Below are positions 28,010-40,339 of a stretch of DNA of 47,170 bases, piece after piece. The position numbers were made by a program, and so were the translations under genes. Source of the stretch: Chloroflexota bacterium (GTDB lineage: Bacteria; Chloroflexota; Limnocylindria; Limnocylindrales; CSP1-4). The notes under the pieces were generated by a model. It was given only the letters and a program-made list of their open reading frames with translations. It made no database searches and was not told the origin of the DNA. How positions within the stretch are numbered: position 1 is the first letter of the stretch; each line of letters starts with the position of its first letter. The stretch is from NCBI GenBank assembly GCA_025351245.1, contig JANXWH010000236.1, positions 1-47,170 of the forward strand, in the 5' to 3' direction.

Positions 28010-28710
28010 GCAAGGAACGTCGACTCGCACCTCCGACGATGATCGCCGGACCAACGCGGGAGGCCGGCGAGCCGGCCGTGCCCGACCTCCGGATCGACCC
28101 GCGCGCCGTCCGGGTCGGGGTTGCCGCGTCATCAGGACTCGAGGGTGACCCGGCGATCACCCTGTCGCCGGCGCCCGATCCGGCGACCCGATTGCCGCAG
28201 TATGGTGTCGCCGGTCCCGATCTCCCGCTCATCGATGGCGTCGCGACCGCGGTCAGCCTCGAGCGGTTCGGCGACGTCCGTGCCCGCCTCATCGAGCCGG
28301 CGGTCGCTGGCTCCACCGGGCCGGCCGTCCGGACGAATCTCCTCCTGGGCCCGGTCCGCATCGACCGCGCCCACGGTACGCGCCTCCGCGAGGTGGTCGT
28401 GGACGGGTGGCGGATCGACGTGGAGCTGGAGTTCGAGCGCCGCGCCGCCCTCCGCGAGCGGGCGCGCCGCGGTTCCGGCACGGCCTCGCGGGGTGGGCCC
28501 GTCGAGGTCCGGGCGATCATCCCCGGTCGCGTCGTGGCCGTCCTGGTGGCTGCGGGTGACAGCGTCGAGGCCGGCCAACAGGTCCTCGTCGTCGAGGCGA
28601 TGAAGATGCAGAACGAGCTGCGGGCGCCCCGCGAGGGCTCGGTGGAGCGCGTTGGGGTTGCCGTTGGCGATACGATCGAGGTCGGCGATCTCCTGATCGT
28701 GATCCACTGA
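28006..28710 (+). CDS. Biotin carboxyl carrier protein with N-terminal extension
   Basis: EAMKM biotinylation motif. ATGA overlap with the upstream gene. Confidence 0.9.
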   Translation: MSKERRLAPPTMIAGPTREAGEPAVPDLRIDPRAVRVGVAASSGLEGDPAITLSPAPDPATRLPQYGVAGPDLPLIDGVATAVSLERFGDVRARLIEPAVAGSTGPAVRTNLLLGPVRIDRAHGTRLREVVVDGWRIDVELEFERRAALRERARRGSGTASRGGPVEVRAIIPGRVVAVLVAAGDSVEAGQQVLVVEAMKMQNELRAPREGSVERVGVAVGDTIEVGDLLIVIH

Positions 28711-28721
28711 GCGGAGCATCC

Positions 28722-30410
<1,689 letters not shown>

Positions 30411-30462
30411 AGGCGAGCAGCGACGAAGCACGCAGCGTCCTTGTCCGCGGGCCCCTGCCTGG

Positions 30463-30504
30463 GTCGGCGGCACAAGATCTGGAGTCGGCGGCACAAGATC
30501 TGGA
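30463..30504. repeat. Perfect 21-bp tandem duplication, each copy containing an NrdR-box-like motif
   Basis: GTCGGCGGCACAAGATCTGGA twice, overlapping the mce RBS. Confidence 0.85.
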
Positions 30505-30514
30505 GGAACCCCCG

Positions 30515-31012
30515 ATGCCCGAGCCGCTTGCCGGTCTGCCGACGACGATCCATCGGGTTGGCCGTATCCACCACGTCGCCGTCGTCGTCCGCGAGATGAA
30601 CGCAGGGCTCGGCTTCTACCGGGACATCCTGGGGCTCGCGCCCGGCCCGGTGGTCCCCATCCCCGCGGACCGCGTCAACATCGCGTTCCTCCACGTCGGG
30701 GAGGTCAGGATCGAGCTGGTGGAGCCGACCGACCTCACGACCGGCGTCGCACGCTTCCTGGCGACCCGCGGTGAGGGTTTCCACCACGTCTGCTTCGAGG
30801 TCGCGGACGTCTCGGCGACCCTGACCCGGCTGGCGGTCGACGGCGTGGAGCTCATCGACACGGCGCCGCGCGCCGGCGCCGAGGGGCCCGTCGCGTTTCT
30901 CCACCCGCGGAGCTGCCACGGCGTGCTCGTGGAGCTCATCGAAGCGCCCGGCGGGCCGGCGTGGGCCTCGCTCTATCCGGCGGGGTTCCGGGCGCCCGGC
31001 GCGGCCGGCTGA
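30515..31012 (+). CDS. mce: Methylmalonyl-CoA epimerase (VOC family)
   Basis: IHHVAVVV, IELVEP, GEGFHHVCFEV and AFLHPRSCHGVLVEL, plus operon context. RBS GGAGG. Confidence 0.92.
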   Translation: MPEPLAGLPTTIHRVGRIHHVAVVVREMNAGLGFYRDILGLAPGPVVPIPADRVNIAFLHVGEVRIELVEPTDLTTGVARFLATRGEGFHHVCFEVADVSATLTRLAVDGVELIDTAPRAGAEGPVAFLHPRSCHGVLVELIEAPGGPAWASLYPAGFRAPGAAG

Positions 31013-31015
31013 CGG

Positions 31016-31490
31016 TCAGCCGCCGGCACCCGCCTGCGCCTCCGCGAAGAAGATCAGGTCGGGATCGCCCGGCGAGTGGCCCGCGGCGGTGAGGAGCGCG
31101 CCAGCCTCGCTGCGGTCCTGCGTGCCGTGGTTCACGACGTGGGCCAGCATCTGCCACATCGGGACGCCCTCGTCGGTCGTGGCGCGCCACCCGTCGTCGA
31201 CGCTCGCCAGCCAGGCATCGAGGGCGGTCCGCTCGGCCTCCCAGGCGGCGGCCGGCGCGGCCACGGTCGGCAGCGGCTCGTGCTCAGGCCGCGGCTGATC
31301 TTCGCTGCCGGACAGCCCGTGGCGCCTGCTCTGGTGCGCCCCGAGGGCGTAGACCAGGATCTCCCGAGATGACGCGGACCGATCGCCTCGCCAGCCGGCC
31401 ACTGCTCCTGGGTGACACCGCAGCCTTCAGGACCTTCCGGGTGGCCCACCGGTCGTAGACGAAGAGGAAGCGGATGTCGTCGACCAGCAT
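31016..31490 (-). pseudogene. DinB/YfiT-family pseudogene with two frameshifts
   Basis: MLVDDIRFLFVYDRWATRKVLKAA, GVTQEQWPAGEAIGPRHLG and EILVYALGAH...HVVNHGTQDRSE lie in three different frames. Confidence 0.8.
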
Positions 31491-31557
31491 CGCCGGATGG
31501 TAGCGGCTGGATGGGCTCCGGACGAGGGGGAGCAGTGTCCGGGGTGGCGCTGCGGCC

Positions 31558-31590
31558 GGATCCCGGCCACGGATCCCGGCCACGGATCCC
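31558..31590. repeat. 13-bp tandem repeat (about 2.5 copies)
   Basis: GGATCCCGGCCAC twice, then GGATCCC. Confidence 0.85.
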
Positions 31591-31650
31591 GTCAGATGCT
31601 CGCCTGGCAAACACACAAGCGATCCATTCGCGGCCCGGGGTCTGATCGGG

Positions 31651-31802
31651 GCCTGATCATCGCGGGATATCGGGTGAGCCGATCAGATACGGGAGCCACG
31701 AGCGTGCAAACGCGGCGAAACCCGAGGTTGGCCGCGTTGCGGAGCGTGGACCGGGCGATCCTGATCGGCTGAGCCGACTTCTCTCGCCGTCCGGATCGAG
31801 GC
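31651..31802. ncRNA. Rod-like hairpin with internal bubble: candidate 6S-like RNA or palindromic element
   Basis: Nested stems AGCCGATCAG/CTGATCGGCT, CCACG/CGTGG, GCAA(A)CGCGGC/GCCGCGTTGC and GCGGGA/TCTCGC. Confidence 0.35.
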
Positions 31803-31828
31803 GAACAGCGGGCGACAGCGCACGTCGC

Positions 31829-32713
31829 TCATCCCCGGTAGCCCGCCTCCCGGAGGAGCGCCGGCAGCTCGGTCGGGGAGCCCGCGACGCGGATCCCGGC
31901 CGCTTCGAGCGCCGTCACCTTCTCCGCGGCCGTCCCGCGGCCGCCCGAGATGATCGCGCCTGCGTGGCCCATGCGCTTGCCCTCGGGCGCGGTCCGGCCG
32001 GCGATGAAGGCGGCCATCGGCACGCCCCGCAGGTGCTCCGCCGCCCAGGCTGCCGCCTCCTCCTCGGCCGATCCGCCGATCTCACCGATCAGGACGATCG
32101 CCTCGGTCTCGGGGTCCGCGGCGAAGAGCTGCAGGACGTCGAGGAACGTGGTCCCGATGATCGGGTCGCCGCCGATCCCGACGCAGGTGGACTGGCCGAT
32201 CCCCGCGTCGGTCATCGCCTGGACCGCCTCGTAGGTGAGCGTGCCCGACCGCGACACCACGCCCACGTGCCCCTCGCGATGGATGGAGCCTGGGATGATC
32301 CCGACCTTCGCTTGGCCCGGCGACGTGGCGCCCGGACAGTTCGGGCCGATGAGCCGGGCGCCGGCCGCTCGGACGACCTCCACGACGGGGAGCATGTCCA
32401 GGGCCGGGATCCCTTCCGTGATGCAGAAGACGGTCCCGATGCCAGCCCCAATGGCCTCCAGAACGGCGTCCGGAGCCCCAGCGGCAGGGACGAAGATGCA
32501 GGATGTGTTCGCGCCCGTCTGGCGCACGGCCTCGGCGACCGTGTTGAAGACGGGGACCCGGTTCTCCAGCGCGTGGAGGCCGCCCTTGCCCGGCGTCATG
32601 CCCGCCACGATGCGGGTGCCGTACTCCAGCATCTGGCGTGAGTGGAACTCGCCCTCGCGGCCGGTGATGCCCTGGACCACCAGCCGTGTCTCCCGACCGA
32701 TCAGGATGCTCAC
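31829..32713 (-). CDS. sucD: Succinyl-CoA synthetase alpha subunit
   Basis: [30 protein letters not shown] and RMGHAGAI. Confidence 0.97.
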   Translation of the reverse strand: MSILIGRETRLVVQGITGREGEFHSRQMLEYGTRIVAGMTPGKGGLHALENRVPVFNTVAEAVRQTGANTSCIFVPAAGAPDAVLEAIGAGIGTVFCITEGIPALDMLPVVEVVRAAGARLIGPNCPGATSPGQAKVGIIPGSIHREGHVGVVSRSGTLTYEAVQAMTDAGIGQSTCVGIGGDPIIGTTFLDVLQLFAADPETEAIVLIGEIGGSAEEEAAAWAAEHLRGVPMAAFIAGRTAPEGKRMGHAGAIISGGRGTAAEKVTALEAAGIRVAGSPTELPALLREAGYRG

Positions 32714-33894
32714 GCTGCGCCTCCCGTCGCCTGCCCGGCCGCGGCGACCGCCTTCGCGGCCGCCTCGTCGAGCGTTGCGGCCGTCTCGAAGGCCGCCTCC
32801 CGCAGGAGGCGCGCCGCCTCTTCTGCGTTCGTGCCGACGATCCGGACGACCATCGGCACCTCGCGCTCCTGGCGAGCCCGGGCGTCGATCAGGCCGCGGG
32901 CGACCTCGTCGCCGCGCGTGATCCCGCCGAAGATGTTGACGAGGATCGCGCGCACCTTCGGGTCCGCGAGGATCAGGCGCATCGCCGCGGAGACGCGGTC
33001 CGCCTTGGCGCCGCCGCCGATGTCGAGGAAGTTGGCCGGCGCGCCGCCCGCCCGGTTCACGAGGTCCATCGTCGTCATCGCCAGGCCCGCCCCGTTGACC
33101 ATGCAGCCGATCGAGCCGTCGAGGTGGATGAAGCTGATGTCGTAGTGCCGCGCCTCGGCGTCGGCCGGGTCCTCCTCGTCGAGGTCGCGCAGCTTCTCCA
33201 GGTCGGGATGGCGGGGGAGCGCGGAGTCGTCCAGGGTCACCTTCGCGTCGAGGCAGGCGAGGCGCTCCACGTGGCCCTCTGGACCGCTCTCGCGGATGAT
33301 CGCGAGCGGGTTCACCTCCACGAGGTCCGCGTCGTTGGCCCGCATCGTGGCGACGAGGCCCTTGGCGATCTTCACGAAGTCGCGCAGGTGCGGCCCGGCC
33401 AGGCCCACGGCGAAGGCGAGCTCGCGTGCCTGCCAGTCCAGCAGCCCGAGGAGCGGATGCGCCTCCACGCGGTGGATCGCCTCCGGGGTCGCCTTCGCGA
33501 CCTCCTCGATCTCCACGCCGCCCTCGGCCGAGGCCATCAGCACGATCCGTCGCGACGCGCGGTCCAGGATGGCGCCGAGGTAGAACTCCTTGACGATCAC
33601 GGCCGCCGGCCCGACGAGCACCTTGCGGACGGGGATCCCCTTGATCTCCATGCCGAGAATTCGACCGGCGACCTCCTCCGCCTCGGCCGGCGAGCCCGCG
33701 AGCTTCACGCCGCCGGCCTTGCCGCGTCCGCCGACGAGGACCTGTGCCTTGATCACGACCCGGCCCGCGCCGTGGGCGAGGAATCGCTCAGCCGCCGCGC
33801 GCGCCTCGGCGGGGGTCCGGGCGACGGCCCACGGAGGGACAGGCAGGCCCTGCGCGGCGAGCAGCGACTTCGCGTCGGCTTCCTGGATCTTCAC
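32710..33894 (-). CDS. sucC: Succinyl-CoA synthetase beta subunit
   Basis: [39 protein letters not shown] and NIFGGI. Confidence 0.97.
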   Translation of the reverse strand: MKIQEADAKSLLAAQGLPVPPWAVARTPAEARAAAERFLAHGAGRVVIKAQVLVGGRGKAGGVKLAGSPAEAEEVAGRILGMEIKGIPVRKVLVGPAAVIVKEFYLGAILDRASRRIVLMASAEGGVEIEEVAKATPEAIHRVEAHPLLGLLDWQARELAFAVGLAGPHLRDFVKIAKGLVATMRANDADLVEVNPLAIIRESGPEGHVERLACLDAKVTLDDSALPRHPDLEKLRDLDEEDPADAEARHYDISFIHLDGSIGCMVNGAGLAMTTMDLVNRAGGAPANFLDIGGGAKADRVSAAMRLILADPKVRAILVNIFGGITRGDEVARGLIDARARQEREVPMVVRIVGTNAEEAARLLREAAFETAATLDEAAAKAVAAAGQATGGAA

Positions 33895-33978
33895 GGCGGC
33901 TCCTGCGTCTGGGTGGGCGTGGCGCGAGCCGATGGTACCCCGCGGCGTGTCCTCGGCGACGGGCGCCGACGACGCCCA

Positions 33979-34014
33979 CCGCGCGGTCCGCGCCCGCCGC
34001 GCGGTCCGCGCCCG
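33979..34014. repeat. Perfect 18-bp tandem duplication in the sucC/sdhC divergent promoter region
   Basis: CCGCGCGGTCCGCGCCCG twice, just upstream of a TACAAT -10-like hexamer at 34025-34030. Confidence 0.85.
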
Positions 34015-34106
34015 CCCGACCCCCTACAATGCGGAGGTCCACCCGGACGAGCCCGGCCACCGCGTGTCGGCTGCGTCCCCGGCCCACCACGGAGGCGAGT
34101 CTCCCG

Positions 34107-34478
34107 GTGCGATACCTGCAGTACCGAGGCGGCGAAGGAATGCTCGCGTGGGCATTCCACCGGATCTCCGGCGTCGCCATCTGGGCGTTCGTCCTCCTCC
34201 ACGTCCTGGACATCTGGCTGGTGGGCGCGAACCGGGGCCTCTACGACGACGTCCTGAAGTTCTACGCCAGCCCGGTCGGCCGGGTGGGGGAGACGCTTCT
34301 GGGCGCGGCGCTCCTCTACCACGCGCTCAACGGCCTGCGGATCATCGTGATGGACTTCTGGCCCGCCACGACCGTCTTCCACAAGCAGCTCTGGTACGCG
34401 AGCTGGGTGGTGTTCGTGGTCGTCGGCCTGCCCGGCGCGTACATCATCCTTCGCCCCATCTGGGCGGGAGCGTCGTGA
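34107..34478 (+). CDS. sdhC: Succinate dehydrogenase cytochrome b subunit
   Basis: YRGGEGMLAWAFHRISG and HALNGLRI heme His motifs. GTG 34107 follows GGAGG. Confidence 0.92.
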   Translation: MRYLQYRGGEGMLAWAFHRISGVAIWAFVLLHVLDIWLVGANRGLYDDVLKFYASPVGRVGETLLGAALLYHALNGLRIIVMDFWPATTVFHKQLWYASWVVFVVVGLPGAYIILRPIWAGAS

Positions 34479-34867
34479 TGGCGGTCTACACCCGGTCCGG
34501 CCGGGCGCGCCCGCATGGCAGTGGGTTCGAGCTGGGCATCTGGTACCTGATGCGCCTGTCGGGGCTCGCCCTGTTCGTGCTCGCGCTGGGCCACTTCTCG
34601 ATCACGCATTTCGTCTTCGACCCGGCCACCCAGACGGCCCAGTGGATCGTCGACGAGCGGTGGGGGAATGTCCTGTGGCGGACTGTCGACTGGCTGATGC
34701 TCACGATGGTGGTCCTCCACAGCTTCATGGGCGTCCGGACGGTGGTCCAGGACTACACCCACGGCGGGGCTCGAACCGCCCTGACGATGCTGCTCTACCT
34801 GACCGGGATCGTGCTCTTCCTGATGGGGACGATGGCGGTCATGACCCTCCCGTTCCCGGTCAAGTAG
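34478..34867 (+). CDS. sdhD: Succinate dehydrogenase membrane anchor
   Basis: WYLMRLSG...GH...HSFMGVRTVVQDY. TGATG coupling with sdhC. Confidence 0.9.
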   Translation: MAVYTRSGRARPHGSGFELGIWYLMRLSGLALFVLALGHFSITHFVFDPATQTAQWIVDERWGNVLWRTVDWLMLTMVVLHSFMGVRTVVQDYTHGGARTALTMLLYLTGIVLFLMGTMAVMTLPFPVK

Positions 34868-34879
34868 GAAGGCCGCTGG

Positions 34880-36628
<1,749 letters not shown>

Positions 36629-36641
36629 GTCCGGGAGCCGC

Positions 36642-37343
36642 GTGATGCAGGTCGACCTCCGCATCCTCCGCTTTGATCCCGAGCGCGACACTGCGCCGCA
36701 CTGGGAGTCCTACCGCGTCGAGGCGGAGCCGATGGACCGCGTCCTCAACCTCCTGACCACGGTCAAGGCGGAGCAGGACGGCACGCTCACCTTCCGGCGT
36801 TCATGCGCCCACGGCATCTGCGGCTCTGACGCCATGCTCATCAATGGCCGCAATCGGCTGGCCTGCAAGATCCGCGTGGACCAGCTGGGGAAGAAGATCA
36901 CCGTCGCGCCGCTGACCGGCCTCCGGGTCGTGAAGGACCTCGTCGTCGACATGGACACCTTCTTCTCGAAGTACCGCAGCGTCATGCCCTTCCTGATGAC
37001 AGACTCGCCCGCCCCCGAGCGCGAGCGGCGCCAGAGCCAGGCCGACCGTGCGCGCTACGACGACACCACGAAGTGCATCCTGTGCGCGGCCTGCACCACC
37101 GCGTGCCCGTCCTTCTGGGCGCAGCCCTCGTACGTCGGCCCGGCCGCGATCGTGAACGCCCACCGTTTCATCTTTGACTCGCGCGACGACGCGGGCGATG
37201 AGCGGCTGGAGATCCTGGCCGACAAGGACGGCGTCTGGCGCTGCCGGACCATCTTCAATTGTGTCGACGCGTGCCCGCGCGGCATCAACATCACCCGCGC
37301 GATCCTGGAGGTCTCGCGCGCGGTGGTGGAGCGCTCGGTCTGA
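36642..37343 (+). CDS. sdhB: Succinate dehydrogenase iron-sulfur subunit
   Basis: RSCAHGICGSD, CILCAACTTACP and CRTIFNCVDACP. Confidence 0.97.
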   Translation: MMQVDLRILRFDPERDTAPHWESYRVEAEPMDRVLNLLTTVKAEQDGTLTFRRSCAHGICGSDAMLINGRNRLACKIRVDQLGKKITVAPLTGLRVVKDLVVDMDTFFSKYRSVMPFLMTDSPAPERERRQSQADRARYDDTTKCILCAACTTACPSFWAQPSYVGPAAIVNAHRFIFDSRDDAGDERLEILADKDGVWRCRTIFNCVDACPRGINITRAILEVSRAVVERSV

Positions 37344-38722
37344 GCGGAGCCGCGGCCGGCGGCGTCCGCCGGCTGATCATCCGGACCGACGGCGCGGCGC
37401 GGGGGAACCCGGGCCCGGCGTCCGCGGGGGCGGCCCTCATCGACGCGGACCGGCCCGGCGCCGAGCGGCCCGACGCGCCGCCCCTCGCCACGATCTCCGA
37501 GGCGTTGGGACGGCAGACCAACAACGTTGCCGAGTGGACGGCCGTGGTCCGCGCGCTCGACCTCGCCGCCGAGCTCGGCGCGGAGGAGGTGCTCCTCCTG
37601 CTCGACTCGATGCTCGTCGTCGAGCAGCTTCGCGGGCGCTGGCGGGTGAAGGACGCGAAGCTCGCCCCGCTCCATGACGAGGCGATCGCCGGGCTGCGGC
37701 GATTCCGGCGCTGGAGCGCCCGGCACGTTCCGCGCAGCGAGAACGCGACGGCAGACGCGCTGGCGAACGAGGCGCTGGACCGGGTCGCGGCCGGCGGGCC
37801 TGCGCTCGTCGTGCGGCGGCCGCCGACGGGATCGGGCGGCGCGGCCGCCTCGTCCACGCAGCTGGGCATGGAGCTCGGTACCGGCGACGCGCCGGGAGGG
37901 ACGATCGCGCTGGAGGCGGGCTTCGATCCCGGTGACGCGGGGCCCGACCCGGGCCGCCTCATCGTTCGCTTCCTGGGCAGCGGCACGAGCCAGGGGATCC
38001 CGCGGATCGCCTGCGACTGCGCCGTCTGCACCTCCACCGACCCGCGCGATCGCCGCTACCGGGCGTCGGCGCTGCTCGCGTTCGGGGAGCGGCGGGTCCT
38101 GGTGGACTGCGGCCCGGACATCAAGTGGCAGGCGCTCGCGGCGGACCTGCGGCGGCTGGACGCGGTGCTCCTGACCCACGAGCACCAGGACGCGATCGGG
38201 GGCCTTGACGAGCTCCGTCGCTTCAACGAGCTGCACGGCGAATATCTGCCGGTCCACGCACGGCCGGAGGACCTGGACGTCATCGTGGGTCGGTTCGAGT
38301 ACGCCTTCCGCCCCGGCCAACGGGCGTTCGTCGGGGTCCCGCAGCTTCGGCCGGTTGGGCTGGACGGGCCGTTCCTCGTCGGCGGGAGGCGCTTCATTCC
38401 CGTCCCGGTGATCCATGCCGACCGGGTGATCACCGGCTATCGCACCGGCGGCTTCGCGTACTGCTCGGACGTGCAGCGGATCGACGCGGACGGCCGGGCG
38501 CTCCTCCGCGACCTCGACGTCCTGGTGATCTCCGCCCTGCGCGACCTCCCGCACCCGACCCACCAGACGGTCGCGGAAGCTCTTGCGGTCATCGAGGCGC
38601 TGCGACCGAGGCGCGCCTACCTAACCCATCTCGACCACGAGCTGGGCCACGCCGCGCTCACGGCGCGCCTTCCCGCCGGCGTCGAGGTGGCCTGGGACGG
38701 GCTCGAGCTCGAGGTGCCGTGA
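37340..38722 (+). CDS. Fusion of RNase HI and a PhnP-like metallo-beta-lactamase-fold phosphodiesterase
   Basis: TDGAARGNPG, TNNVAE, DS and NATADALAN (RNase HI) are in frame with FLGSGTSQGIP..CDCAVC, DCGPD, THEHQD, YCSD, HPTH and THLDH (MBL fold). Start inferred at a CTG overlapping the sdhB stop. Confidence 0.88.
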   Translation: MSGAAAGGVRRLIIRTDGAARGNPGPASAGAALIDADRPGAERPDAPPLATISEALGRQTNNVAEWTAVVRALDLAAELGAEEVLLLLDSMLVVEQLRGRWRVKDAKLAPLHDEAIAGLRRFRRWSARHVPRSENATADALANEALDRVAAGGPALVVRRPPTGSGGAAASSTQLGMELGTGDAPGGTIALEAGFDPGDAGPDPGRLIVRFLGSGTSQGIPRIACDCAVCTSTDPRDRRYRASALLAFGERRVLVDCGPDIKWQALAADLRRLDAVLLTHEHQDAIGGLDELRRFNELHGEYLPVHARPEDLDVIVGRFEYAFRPGQRAFVGVPQLRPVGLDGPFLVGGRRFIPVPVIHADRVITGYRTGGFAYCSDVQRIDADGRALLRDLDVLVISALRDLPHPTHQTVAEALAVIEALRPRRAYLTHLDHELGHAALTARLPAGVEVAWDGLELEVP

Positions 38723-38819
38723 GCACGGACCCGCCGACGATCGTCAGGACCGGCGAGCTGCCCTCGTGCGGGGCCGACTCCGCGACGGCCCGGTCCGACC
38801 GCGCGGGGTAGACTTCGTT

Positions 38820-39173
38820 CGCCAGCGAGGCGGCTGGACGGTCGCGCGTCGGCGGGCAACCGCCGGCGTGAGGAACGTCCGGGCTCCCAGGCGCAGGGTA
38901 GCGGGTAACGCCCGTCCGCCGCGAGGCGAGGACCAGCGCCACAGAGACGAGTCCGCCGCCGGGCAACCGGCGGCGGGGTGAAACGCGGCAAGCTCTACCC
39001 GGAGCAAGGCCAAGTAGGAGGGCATGTCCCGGTTCGCCGGGGCAGCGGCGCGCCGCCGCGGTCCCTCGGGTCGGCCGCATGAGCCGTCGGGCAACCGGCG
39101 GCCCCAGATGGATGACCGTCGCCGTGCCCTCGGGCGCGGTACAGAACCCGGCGTACAGGCCGCCTCGCTGGCG
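38820..39173 (+). ncRNA. rnpB: RNase P RNA (type A)
   Basis: GAGGAACGTCCGGGCTCC, GTGAAACG, GAGCAAGGCCAA, AGATGGATGACCG and ACAGAACCCGGCGTAC. P1 stem CGCCAGCGAGGCGGC/GCCGCCTCGCTGGCG. A TAGACT -10 element lies at 38809. Confidence 0.97.
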
Positions 39174-39205
39174 CCCTCGCCGGGCCCGCTCGCAGGTTCG
39201 GTCCG

Positions 39206-39478
39206 TCAGTCCTCGTCGGCCCGGAAGATGTGCGATCCCGTGCAGGCGTTGCAGATGGGCGTCGCCGCCTCCAGGTCTCCGAGCGGGAGCGGGATTGCCC
39301 GGTCCGGGTAGAGGCAGTCCACGTCATAGACGCGTCCGCTGGCCCGATCCACGGCGATCAGCCGACGGAAGGTGCAGCGGCGGATCCGCACGGCAGCCAA
39401 CGGCTGCGACCGCGTCCCTGGATCTCCCCCGGGAGACGGCGAGAAGCCGAGATCTGCGGTTCGCGGCAGGGCGGTCAT
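39206..39478 (-). CDS. Small hypothetical protein with four Cys
   Basis: RCTFRR...DCLYP...ICNAC motif with an AGGA RBS. Fills the gap between rnpB and mraZ. Confidence 0.65.
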   Translation of the reverse strand: MTALPRTADLGFSPSPGGDPGTRSQPLAAVRIRRCTFRRLIAVDRASGRVYDVDCLYPDRAIPLPLGDLEAATPICNACTGSHIFRADED

Positions 39479-39667
39479 CTGCGGGTGCTGTCCTCGGGAG
39501 TCTGGACGACCTTGTTCGGCGGCGGAGCCTACACCCGGCTGCAGGACGCCCGCAAGTCGCCACTCGTACTACCACGCTGGTCGCTCTCCGCCGGACGGGC
39601 CCCGCGACGGCGGCGGAGGGCAGCCTGATCGTCGGCCCGATCACCCCACCGCGTGGCGAAATCGGCG

Positions 39668-39730
39668 TTGACGCGCGCTCGGCCCGGTGTATGATGCCCA
39701 TCTAGTCCCACGAAGTGGGGATAGGTGGTG
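39668..39730 (+). promoter_or_regulatory. dcw/mraZ promoter with MraZ-binding repeats
   Basis: TTGACG-N16-TATGAT, then GTGGGG (39715) and GTGGTG (39725) at a 10-bp period. Confidence 0.7.
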
Positions 39731-39849
39731 AATCCCGGCGGCGGACGAAGGGCACTCGACTGCCGCCGGGGGCACCGGGCCACGCACAGGCGGATCCACG
39801 GGCACAAGGCCCGCGGACAGCGCACATGAAACACAGGGAGCCCGGGTAG

Positions 39850-40281
39850 GTGTTCACCGGCGAGTACCGGCACACGGTGGACGCGAAGGGACGGCTTGCC
39901 GTGCCTTCGAAGTTCCGGGCGCAGCTTTCCGGCGGCGCGGTCGTTTCGCGCTGGCTGGACCTCTGCCTGGCGATCTGGCCCCGGGATGGATGGGAGCGCC
40001 TCGCGAGCAAGGTCGCGGCGCTGCCGATCGTCGAGAACGCCGGAGCCCGTGCCTTCAGCCGGTTCGTCTTCGCGAGCGCCGTAGAGATCGAGTTCGACGC
40101 CCAGGGTCGCTTCGTCCTTCCGGGCTACCTCCGCGAGGCGGCCGGGCTGGAGGGCGAGGCGGCGGTCGTCGGCTCGCTCGACCACGCAGAGATCTGGACG
40201 CCCGTCCGGTGGGACGACTACCGGAAGGCGCTCGAGGCGCCGGATGCGCTCGCGCAGCACCTGGCTGGGCTGGGTATCTAG
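39850..40281 (+). CDS. mraZ: Division/cell wall cluster repressor MraZ
   Basis: FTGEYRHTVDAKGRLAVP, DAQGRFVLP and EIW. Confidence 0.96.
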   Translation: MFTGEYRHTVDAKGRLAVPSKFRAQLSGGAVVSRWLDLCLAIWPRDGWERLASKVAALPIVENAGARAFSRFVFASAVEIEFDAQGRFVLPGYLREAAGLEGEAAVVGSLDHAEIWTPVRWDDYRKALEAPDALAQHLAGLGI

Positions 40282-40339
40282 GCCACCACATGCGCTTCCA
40301 GGGTCCGCTCGGGATCCGCTCGTCGTCGGTGAGGTAGAC

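Noticed and set aside
33590-34477. 425-aa version of sdhD
   Set aside because: The upstream part overlaps sucC and sdhC. The real start is coupled at 34478.
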